Part shown: piece by piece, positions 56,476 through 64,000 of the stretch
Position numbering within the stretch: the stretch's first letter is position 1
Layout of the letters: each line of letters opens with the position of its first letter
Sequence record: OZ336094.1
Length of the DNA: 64,000 nt
Reading direction: 5' to 3' (one strand)
Source of the DNA: a phage
The notes under the pieces: model-generated
Databases searched by the model: none
What the model was told of the DNA's origin: nothing
Seen by the model: only the letters and a program-made list of their open reading frames with translations
Made by a program: the position numbers and the translations under genes

Positions 56476-57325
56476 AATAATCCCCTTTAACATTAGATTT
56501 GTTGATAATGTTGCTTTCAAAAAATTGACGTAGGAAATCAAAGTTCTCTTTATATTTTTCAATATTATTGTAGCCTTCTGCAAGGCAACCAAAGAACAGT
56601 TGTTCTACATAATACAAAGGAAGCTGTGAAAGTGCAATTTTAAAATCAACTTCGCTTTGACTCATTAGATACTTAATAGGACGAACCAAACATTTAGCAT
56701 CAGTTTCTTGCTTAATCATTTTAATAAAAGCTGCCAGGTTATTGATGTAGTTGAAGTTAAGTGCAGCTTCGGTGTTGGCTTCTGTACCTTCATACTTTGC
56801 AAAGTACAGGAAAAACGTATCGTTTTCAACACCTTCTTTGTCTAAAATTTCAATAAGTTTTTCTTCGTGCGTTCCTGTAATATTAACATCATCAATGAAA
56901 ATCAGAGTTTTATTACCCCAGAAATCACGATTGATAGAGAAAGTGTCACCATCGATCAAAGCCTTACGATCTTCTTTGCTAAGAAATCCATAATCATTGA
57001 TATAGCTCACTTTACGATGAACGATATCCCACTCCACGGCTTTACCTCCTTTGATAGAGATTAGGTAGTTGAGGTGATCTACAAAATGTTCAGATAACAC
57101 TGTAGCTGCATTTTTCACATAGTTATATGGAGATGGAATAACAACAAAACTTTCATTTACCAGTCGTTCTTCATACTTGGAAAAGAAACTTTCAGCCAGA
57201 ATGCGCCCCATTCTTTTTGCTGCCTGGTTACTACCAAACTTTAGCTTGGAATAATCTGCAATGTTAAATTTTGCTTCCTTCAGGTTAGTAAAAGTATTAG
57301 CAAAATGTTGAATTTGATTACGCAT
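56468..57325 (-). CDS. Type I phosphoribosyltransferase
   Basis: PRPP-binding loop LIFIDDVNITGTHEEK. Confidence 0.55.
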   Translation of the reverse strand: MRNQIQHFANTFTNLKEAKFNIADYSKLKFGSNQAAKRMGRILAESFFSKYEERLVNESFVVIPSPYNYVKNAATVLSEHFVDHLNYLISIKGGKAVEWDIVHRKVSYINDYGFLSKEDRKALIDGDTFSINRDFWGNKTLIFIDDVNITGTHEEKLIEILDKEGVENDTFFLYFAKYEGTEANTEAALNFNYINNLAAFIKMIKQETDAKCLVRPIKYLMSQSEVDFKIALSQLPLYYVEQLFFGCLAEGYNNIEKYKENFDFLRQFFESNIINKSNVKGDYYV

Positions 57326-57974
57326 TAATAAGTTCCTCTTTTTTAAGTTTAGCCAACAAGTCTTCTGGATTAATAATATGACAGAACTTCATCCCTATGT
57401 CAACAGCTTTTCCATCATAAATCAAACTATCTCCAACGTGTAAAATCTCCTCTGGTGCGAGATCAAACGTTACCATTTCATCAAAAGAGAGTTTAAAAAA
57501 CCTGGGATCTGGTTTACACAAGCAAAACTCATCAGAAAAATGCATAAAATCGAATGGTAATTTTGTCAAGCCAGAATATACAGCTAAGAAACTACCAGGT
57601 ACAAAATTGGTATTGCTCTTAATACTCAAAGAATAGGTTGAACTTAGCTCTTCCAACTTCTTGCAAAGTTCAGGATTCAATGTTGGAGGATGTTTTATAA
57701 ACATTGCTAAACAGTCTCTTTTTAACCCATCCACTTTATCAAGATCAATGTTCAAACGAGTAGAAAGTGTTACCCAAGCATCCTTAGACGTTCCACAAAT
57801 GCCTTTTTCTGCTTTTAAATCCAGGAGAGTTTTTACCTCTTTATATACGGTAGCTGCTTCTACCTCAGAACAAGAGGCATACTCGGCAATAACCTTGTTG
57901 CGTTCTTCTGCATACAAAGGATTAGCAGTAATAAGAGTATTCCATACATCAAAAGAAATATGCTTAACAGTCAT
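57318..57974 (-). CDS. HAD-superfamily hydrolase (phosphatase-like)
   Basis: N-terminal ISFDVWNTL (HAD motif I) and C-terminal HVGDS; start at MTVKH after a GGAGGA RBS. Confidence 0.55.
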   Translation of the reverse strand: MTVKHISFDVWNTLITANPLYAEERNKVIAEYASCSEVEAATVYKEVKTLLDLKAEKGICGTSKDAWVTLSTRLNIDLDKVDGLKRDCLAMFIKHPPTLNPELCKKLEELSSTYSLSIKSNTNFVPGSFLAVYSGLTKLPFDFMHFSDEFCLCKPDPRFFKLSFDEMVTFDLAPEEILHVGDSLIYDGKAVDIGMKFCHIINPEDLLAKLKKEELINA

Positions 57975-58143
57975 TTTTAATCCTCCGTCCAAAAGAATAT
58001 CATCTGCTTAATTTTATTGATCTCTTGATGTAGTAACTTTCCAGCATGTGATTGATCTTTAATATTGACAGCAAGAATTTCAAGCTCCGTTAGTTTTTCT
58101 TGGATAGCTTTATATTCATCATCTGTAAGCATTTTCTTCCCCT

Positions 58144-58347
58144 TTAGAATGGTAATCTTTGTATGTCACTTATCCCCACACCAAGAAGTCTAGCAATATC
58201 CTTATCTAAAAGCAACTCTTTTTGTTCTAAAATGTTAATCAGATCTCCTAATACTTCTTTAATGTCACGATCATTTTTAGCAACGTGACCACCTGCGGTA
58301 TCAACTTTATCTTTAAAAACAAAATAATGATCCATAATACCCTCCAT
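58144..58347 (-). CDS. Hypothetical small protein
   Basis: 67-aa ORF. Confidence 0.3.
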   Translation of the reverse strand: MEGIMDHYFVFKDKVDTAGGHVAKNDRDIKEVLGDLINILEQKELLLDKDIARLLGVGISDIQRLPF

Positions 58348-58353
58348 ATAAAT

Positions 58354-58375
58354 AAAGGAGGCTTTCGCCTCCTTT
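58354..58375. terminator. Terminator hairpin
   Basis: aaaggaggc-tttc-gcctccttt with T-rich flanks on both strands. Confidence 0.4.
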
Positions 58376-58381
58376 TATCAC

Positions 58382-59542
58382 TTAGTAAGAACGACCACCA
58401 AACACATACTCTGTGTAGTTTTTACGTTCTTTGTTTTTAATAACAACTTCAATGTTGTTACCTTTATCATCGGTGAACATAAAGTGATAACCGTCACCAC
58501 CCATTGTACGAATGTGTTTTTCATCATACGTTAGCAAGATACGGTCTACACCCCAGTAGTAGTCACCTTCTTCATCTTTATCTTCTACAGTAACGATCCC
58601 TTCCATTTCAGGAAGATGCTCTTCTCCTGACTTATGATCTACAGCTACAACATAACGATTACCGCTAAACAAACCTTGTGCTGTCATACCGTCAATATCG
58701 GTATCTGACGAAACATCTCCTGTACGATCTACACCGTTAACTTTCAGAAGTTTAACTTCTTTTGCAGCATAGCGGTGTTCAGTAATACTGATACCCATTA
58801 ATGCAAGTGCATCAGAGAATTTGTCATTAGGGTAACGGTTAAGTTCTTCTACTAATGACTGAACAATATCAAAGTTCAAATCCACGGAGAGATTATAAAG
58901 CGTTTCAAAATCTGGTAAGAAGGCTTTGTTCTCCAGATTTTTAGCCAGATAATCATCCATAGTAGCTTTAGGTAGTTTCTTATAGCTAAAACTGTAGAAA
59001 ATACGGCTAGGACGATTACGCAAAAATTCTGATACATAACCATCATTTTTAGTCAATACAAACAGTTTGTCGTAGCCACCAACACCATCCAGCAGGGTAA
59101 GCAAACCATCTTGTGCATCTTTTTCAGCATACAGTTTATCAAATTCATCGATCATAATCATCACAGGTTGTGTGATTTTAGACATAAAGTTGATAAAGCC
59201 TTCACCATTAAAAGCACTACCGATAGAAATAGTAGGAATACCCATTTCACGAAGAGCAGAAGACAGCATTTTAGCTTGCAAAGTTTTACCGCTACCTTTC
59301 GTACCCTCAAGGAGAACACCTGTGTTTTTACCTTTGCGGCTAAGGAACGTCTTGATAATACGTTCTGATTTATCATCAGTATCACCGTATGTTACTGAAG
59401 GGACTTCCATATCGTTTTTAGGATACAGGAAGAACTCGCCACTTTGAGTAACACCTACACCAAAAGTTCCTGCTGGAATTTCTTCAATATCTGTACCAGA
59501 CTTCTGACGCAGGAAGATTTGATTGCCGAATACTGTAAACAT
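58382..59542 (-). CDS. P-loop ATPase of unknown function
   Basis: Walker A GTKGSGKT and Walker B-like IMIDEFDK; 386 aa. Confidence 0.45.
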   Translation of the reverse strand: MFTVFGNQIFLRQKSGTDIEEIPAGTFGVGVTQSGEFFLYPKNDMEVPSVTYGDTDDKSERIIKTFLSRKGKNTGVLLEGTKGSGKTLQAKMLSSALREMGIPTISIGSAFNGEGFINFMSKITQPVMIMIDEFDKLYAEKDAQDGLLTLLDGVGGYDKLFVLTKNDGYVSEFLRNRPSRIFYSFSYKKLPKATMDDYLAKNLENKAFLPDFETLYNLSVDLNFDIVQSLVEELNRYPNDKFSDALALMGISITEHRYAAKEVKLLKVNGVDRTGDVSSDTDIDGMTAQGLFSGNRYVVAVDHKSGEEHLPEMEGIVTVEDKDEEGDYYWGVDRILLTYDEKHIRTMGGDGYHFMFTDDKGNNIEVVIKNKERKNYTEYVFGGRSY

Positions 59543-59562
59543 AGTTTTCTCCTCTATTTAAT

Positions 59563-60033
59563 TTAGTCAGATTCCCAAATGTTGTCTTTCTTAACCCACA
59601 TTCGTTGATTATCTGAACCTCTATAACGTTTCGTTGTTGGTTGATTCATATCATACTTACCATCTATCACTATGTCAACCAGTTTTTTAATTTTTTCTGG
59701 AATTTCTTCAAAAAGATATCCTGTATATAAAACAATATCTTTTTTGTTTCCAAAACAATCTCTTACCTTCTCAAGAACATACTCTACAGTATCAATGTTC
59801 TCTTTGTCAAGAGGTTCACCACCTAAAACTGTTAATCCTTTAATGAAAGGTCGAGATAAATCTTTCAAGATAAGATCTAATGTTTCAGCAGTGAACTCTT
59901 GTCCGTAGTTATACGACCAGGCTTTCTGGTTAAAGCAGCCACGGCAACCGTGGCTACAACCGCTCACCCACAAAGAGCATCTTACACCGTCACCGTTGAG
60001 CATGTCAACAGGTTCATATCCGGCGTAATTCAA
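59563..60033 (-). CDS. nrdG: Anaerobic ribonucleotide reductase activating protein (radical SAM)
   Basis: CxxxCxxC cluster (CSHGCRGCFN); overlaps and follows nrdD. Confidence 0.7.
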   Translation of the reverse strand: MNYAGYEPVDMLNGDGVRCSLWVSGCSHGCRGCFNQKAWSYNYGQEFTAETLDLILKDLSRPFIKGLTVLGGEPLDKENIDTVEYVLEKVRDCFGNKKDIVLYTGYLFEEIPEKIKKLVDIVIDGKYDMNQPTTKRYRGSDNQRMWVKKDNIWESD

Positions 60034-61829
60034 AAGTGTTTCTCCCTTTCTAGTACCTCTTGCATTTTACCTTTATTATAAGGGCGAGAGTTAGGGGCAG
60101 AAAGGTATCCTGACACTCTTCTGATCACAGATATGGATTCTTCTTCATGATTACCGCAACTTGGACACTCGAAGCCTTTAGCCGTTGCTTTAAATTCACC
60201 ATGAAAACCACATTTGAAACACTGATCTACAGGTTGGTTCACACCAAAATAAGGAATTTTGTTGTAGGCATAATCTACAAGAGTTTCCAGTGCTTGCAAG
60301 TTATGTTTAAGGTTTGGTGTTTCTACATAACCTATGTTCCCACCATTACTGATTTGTGCAAAACCTTCCTCATAATCCCACTTTTGGAACGGGGTAGTGT
60401 GCATCCACACAGGTTGATGGAAAGAGTTTGTCAAGTAGTCACGATCAATAGAACCAGGATAGCGATCATTTAATGCTTTGGCAAATTTATAGCACAAGGA
60501 TTCTGCTGGTGTTCCATACAAACTAAAAGCTAAACCAGAACGTTCTTTAAATGTGCCACAGATATCCTTCATATATTGAAGGATGTTTTTACCCATTGCT
60601 TTTGGATTGGTGTTACCTGGGTATAAAATCTCCATAGCTTCTGCTAAACCTACATAACCGATACTAATAGAGGCATAACCACCTTCAAATAGTTTACCAA
60701 TCTCTTCATTAGCTTCTAGTCGAGCTAAAGCCCCTTCCATAAACAATGTAGGGTTTTGAGATGCTTTGGTATGTCTGATACGGTTAACACGTAGCATATG
60801 TGCCTTATACGCCATCTCCATATGTTGTTCCAACAATTCAGTAAATAAGATGCCCTTTTCACGGGACTCTGCTGCAATGATAGGTAAGTTTAAAGAAACT
60901 ACGCCTAAGTTGAAACGACCATCATATTTTTCACCTTGCTCTGTTGCATAGTATGACAAGAAGCTACGGCAACCCATGCTTGTGACGCGACCATCTGAAG
61001 ATCCTGTAACTTCTTTGTTTAAAGGTACAGAGATAAAATCAGGATAAATGCGTTCAGCACAACACTCCATCGCCAGTTGCTTCAGATCATAATTTGGATC
61101 GCCAGCTTTCATGTTAACACCATCTTCCAAGAAGAAGATAACTTTAGGAAACACAGGAGTTACCCTATCTTTTCCTAATCCTTGTTTGTGCACCATTAGG
61201 TAGTTTTTAGTGATCATTCTACCAAAAGCAGAGGTATCCAAACCTAAACTAATTGTTATAAAAGGTGACTGACCATTTACACTCATTAGAGTGTTCACCT
61301 GGTAGATTAAAGTTTGCATTGCATCATAGACCTGTTTATCTACCATACGCATAGCAATATCATAATCGCCAACATCGGCATATATTTTATTAAAACTTGC
61401 TTTAACGTATTGACTAAGCCCAGTATCAACATGTGCACAAGTTTGTCCACCATATTGGCTAGAAGCTACTGCTTGAATAATTTGAGTTAGGACAGTAGTC
61501 GCTACACCGATAGATTTTGGTTTTTCAATATGTGCATTACCAATACGGAAACCGTTCTCAAGCATATCTTGGTAATTTACCAGGCAACAATTAGTTAAAG
61601 GTGAGAGTAAATAATCTAAATCGTGGATGTGACCATACCCACTTTTATGCCATTCTGCTAAATCTTCCGGTAAAATATGGGTCATTGCCATGTGCTTGCT
61701 TAGGATACCTGCTAGTAAATCTCGGTGAGTATTAACAATCATTGCAGGTTTGTTTGCATTTTCACGAGTAAATTCTTCGGATGTTTGTTCGAGGAATCCG
61801 ATTACATCCTCATATAGTTTTTGGGTCAT
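60030..61829 (-). CDS. nrdD: Anaerobic ribonucleoside-triphosphate reductase
   Basis: 599 aa; C-terminal glycyl-radical motif (IRRVSGYL) and zinc ribbon (CFKCGFHGEF ... CPSCG). Confidence 0.8.
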   Translation of the reverse strand: MTQKLYEDVIGFLEQTSEEFTRENANKPAMIVNTHRDLLAGILSKHMAMTHILPEDLAEWHKSGYGHIHDLDYLLSPLTNCCLVNYQDMLENGFRIGNAHIEKPKSIGVATTVLTQIIQAVASSQYGGQTCAHVDTGLSQYVKASFNKIYADVGDYDIAMRMVDKQVYDAMQTLIYQVNTLMSVNGQSPFITISLGLDTSAFGRMITKNYLMVHKQGLGKDRVTPVFPKVIFFLEDGVNMKAGDPNYDLKQLAMECCAERIYPDFISVPLNKEVTGSSDGRVTSMGCRSFLSYYATEQGEKYDGRFNLGVVSLNLPIIAAESREKGILFTELLEQHMEMAYKAHMLRVNRIRHTKASQNPTLFMEGALARLEANEEIGKLFEGGYASISIGYVGLAEAMEILYPGNTNPKAMGKNILQYMKDICGTFKERSGLAFSLYGTPAESLCYKFAKALNDRYPGSIDRDYLTNSFHQPVWMHTTPFQKWDYEEGFAQISNGGNIGYVETPNLKHNLQALETLVDYAYNKIPYFGVNQPVDQCFKCGFHGEFKATAKGFECPSCGNHEEESISVIRRVSGYLSAPNSRPYNKGKMQEVLEREKHF

Positions 61830-61848
61830 TAATCCTCCGTGGAAAATA

Positions 61849-61871
61849 AAAGCCAGCTTAATGCTGGCTTT
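61849..61871 (-). terminator. Rho-independent terminator (minus strand)
   Basis: aaagccagc-ttaat-gctggcttt hairpin followed on the minus strand by TTTTATTTT. Confidence 0.5.
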
Positions 61872-61918
61872 AGGGTGGATCTTTATTTTAAATCTTTTTC
61901 GTAAGATTGTCCTTGATC

Positions 61919-62869
61919 TTAGTCAAGGTTTTTGGTAATACGTGTACAACCGTCAGAAGTCAAACCGTCAACTTGAGTTTCCCAAGTGCCATGAATATTT
62001 CGGAACAATGTTGTTACACCTTTTGGTTCATTAATAATGATTGCCATAACAAGTTTAGGATCGATAACAGACATAATCTTTTCCTCAATACCCTCTGTAA
62101 TAACATTATTACGCACAATATTAATTACATCTTCTTGTACAGTAAGAGTGCTTACGTTCTTAAGAGTATATACCTGCTGCGTAGTGTAAATGATACGAAC
62201 ATAACTTACAGAACGAGTAGGCACAGGTTTACGTGGACGACGAAAACGTGGTTTTGGTGAAGATTCAGTCTTACTTTCATTTTTTGAATAATACTCCTCA
62301 AACAGTTTAGTAAATGTTTTTACATCAACTACAAACCGATCTTTCCTATATGGAGAATTCTTATGTGCACCATTAATACCACTGTTTTCATCGAAGAAAG
62401 TAATGTTTTCTTCAGTTGAATATGTTAGATAATGGTCTGCATCTTTCCAATGTGGTTGTGGACAATGCGGATTACAAACGGAAAGCAGATAACTAATATC
62501 TTCTTCCGTTGCACTAGTATCCAGGAAACACGTATTATGCACAGTCAGTTGTACTTTTGCAACCATATCCATTTCTTTATCCTCGTTGGCAAGATATTCA
62601 GTACGAATAATCTCCAGAAAACCTTCAGGTGTTACTTCCATAAATGTGTATTCAGGGTGAAGTTCCATATATTCAAATCCACAACCATCTAATTGCTGTA
62701 GGAAGTTAGGATAGAAGAACAAGTCATTAACACTATGAATCAGATCATTGATTTCTGCTTCAGATGTGTAACCAAAACTTTTGTGAATTGCTTCATTAAG
62801 AATATGCAGGATACCCATCTCTTCTGCTGCTTTTTTAACTTCCAGTTTATTAGCGTAAAATGCAATCAT
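61919..62869 (-). CDS. Hypothetical protein
   Basis: 316-aa ORF. Confidence 0.4.
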   Translation of the reverse strand: MIAFYANKLEVKKAAEEMGILHILNEAIHKSFGYTSEAEINDLIHSVNDLFFYPNFLQQLDGCGFEYMELHPEYTFMEVTPEGFLEIIRTEYLANEDKEMDMVAKVQLTVHNTCFLDTSATEEDISYLLSVCNPHCPQPHWKDADHYLTYSTEENITFFDENSGINGAHKNSPYRKDRFVVDVKTFTKLFEEYYSKNESKTESSPKPRFRRPRKPVPTRSVSYVRIIYTTQQVYTLKNVSTLTVQEDVINIVRNNVITEGIEEKIMSVIDPKLVMAIIINEPKGVTTLFRNIHGTWETQVDGLTSDGCTRITKNLD

Positions 62870-62886
62870 TATGTTCTCCTTCTAAA

Positions 62887-63321
62887 TTAGTTTAAAATTT
62901 CTTTGGCAATGGTAGAAGCAAGTTTTCCATCATATTGATTAGGATACTCTGCTTTAAGGTGTTTCATCATATCTGGCATTTTCTTGCCTGTCAAGGCAAA
63001 TTCTTCAGCAATCGCTCGAAGGTCATCTTCAGATAGCATTTCTGGTAAATATTTTTCCAGGGTGGTGATATCACGCATAGCTCGCTCACATTTGCTAATG
63101 GAGGCATTAACTTTCTTAAGCGAGTCTAGTTCCTCTTTAGCGTGTGCAATACCAATCTTAACAATGTTAATCATAATATCATCTTCTGATTTATTCAGAT
63201 TTGCCTTTTGAGTACGAGCAAGGTCAAACTCACCAATAATATTAGTTAACAAAGCAAAAGCACCCTTATCGGTTGTACGTGCTAAGATACGATCTGCTTT
63301 CATTTGTGTCACAATAGACAT
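62887..63321 (-). CDS. GatB/YqeY-domain protein
   Basis: 144-aa helical protein; composition and size resemble YqeY-like proteins (MKA.D..R...L...I). Confidence 0.4.
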   Translation of the reverse strand: MSIVTQMKADRILARTTDKGAFALLTNIIGEFDLARTQKANLNKSEDDIMINIVKIGIAHAKEELDSLKKVNASISKCERAMRDITTLEKYLPEMLSEDDLRAIAEEFALTGKKMPDMMKHLKAEYPNQYDGKLASTIAKEILN

Positions 63322-63333
63322 TCTATTCTCCTC

Positions 63334-63906
63334 TTATTTGCTAATGCTTTGAATCTTATTTACAACACGGTTTATTGCCAGTGAAGCCCTAGGCTCCGCA
63401 ATACCTGTTGCATAGATATAAGGATGACCTTTTGGAGACTCCCTCATACCGAATGAACCTAATTCTAAACCATATTCATCCTCTACGTCAACCCCAATAT
63501 TAGTGGGTACTAAATATGTTTTAACTCCATAATAAGTAGAGAAGAAACAGCGCATAGAGTTAGCATACTCTTCAATTGTAGCATCAGGGTAGAACTCAAT
63601 CAACTCCAATTTCAAGAAAATATTAAAATGGGTATCATCTAAATTTTCTTCTGTGCGGTAACATGGTGTTAGTGCCATATACGGATTACCTGCTGCAAAT
63701 TCAAAACCATCCTTCTCCATTTGCAGGAAAGATTGTTCTGCACTAGCTACATAGTATTTACCGTTAGGATGCCCTAATGGGCGATCCTCTTTATTTTCTG
63801 GTAGTGTATACGCCAGTATATCAGCATCCACGAGATATGGAACTTCTAACATTTGTGCAAATCGACCATAGTAATCAATAGCTTGAGCTATTACTGCAAC
63901 ATTCAT
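63334..63906 (-). CDS. Hypothetical protein with weak class-II aminoacyl-tRNA-synthetase-like motifs
   Basis: CYRTEENLDDTHFNIFLKLELIEF (motif-2-like) and ATGIAEPRASLAI (motif-3-like); only 190 aa, so tentative. Confidence 0.3.
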   Translation of the reverse strand: MNVAVIAQAIDYYGRFAQMLEVPYLVDADILAYTLPENKEDRPLGHPNGKYYVASAEQSFLQMEKDGFEFAAGNPYMALTPCYRTEENLDDTHFNIFLKLELIEFYPDATIEEYANSMRCFFSTYYGVKTYLVPTNIGVDVEDEYGLELGSFGMRESPKGHPYIYATGIAEPRASLAINRVVNKIQSISK

Positions 63907-64000
63907 GATCGACCTCCATTGCGGAATGCACGTTTAGTAATGTTTGACATAGTGATCAAATCTTGAAGCGTCATACCAGGAAAATGCTGTTCAAGAACAC

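Noticed and set aside
1-64000. CRISPR arrays, tRNA genes, integrase or repressor genes
   Set aside because: No regularly spaced short direct repeats, no intergenic gap of tRNA size with suitable structure, and no integrase-like ORF were seen; scanning was by eye, so a proper tRNA search is still advisable.

Overview
This window looks like a 64-kb segment of a large, AT-rich, virulent tailed phage (myovirus-like, probably of an enterobacterial host); no integrase, repressor, CRISPR array or tRNA was seen. It has two oppositely transcribed halves meeting at a bidirectional terminator near 34.9 kb. The plus-strand half (1-34890) is the morphogenesis module in lambda/P2-like order: large terminase (its ATPase P-loop split by a putative 158-aa mini-intein), portal, protease/scaffold, decoration protein, major capsid protein, head-tail genes, sheath, tube, tail chaperones with a probable -1 frameshift, tape measure, baseplate, and at least six fibre/tailspike-like proteins. 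The minus-strand half (34926-64000) carries replication and metabolism genes: an orphan DPPY methyltransferase, an SSB-like protein, a minimal nucleotidyltransferase, family-A DNA polymerase, primase-helicase, a glycosyltransferase cluster, a secreted cell-wall hydrolase, anaerobic ribonucleotide reductase NrdD/NrdG and a YqeY-like protein. The strongest candidate for an undescribed system is a Ter-like (tellurite-resistance-type) gene set at 48.6-59.5 kb: TerD, a vWA protein, a TelA-like protein and TerC, next to a macro-domain / phosphoribosyltransferase / HAD phosphatase / ATPase operon. The second candidate is the glycosyltransferase cluster at 43.4-46.6 kb (possible DNA glycosylation), in which one gene is broken by a perfect 77-bp tandem duplication. 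All calls come from reading the sequence and ORF translations by eye; no database search was run.
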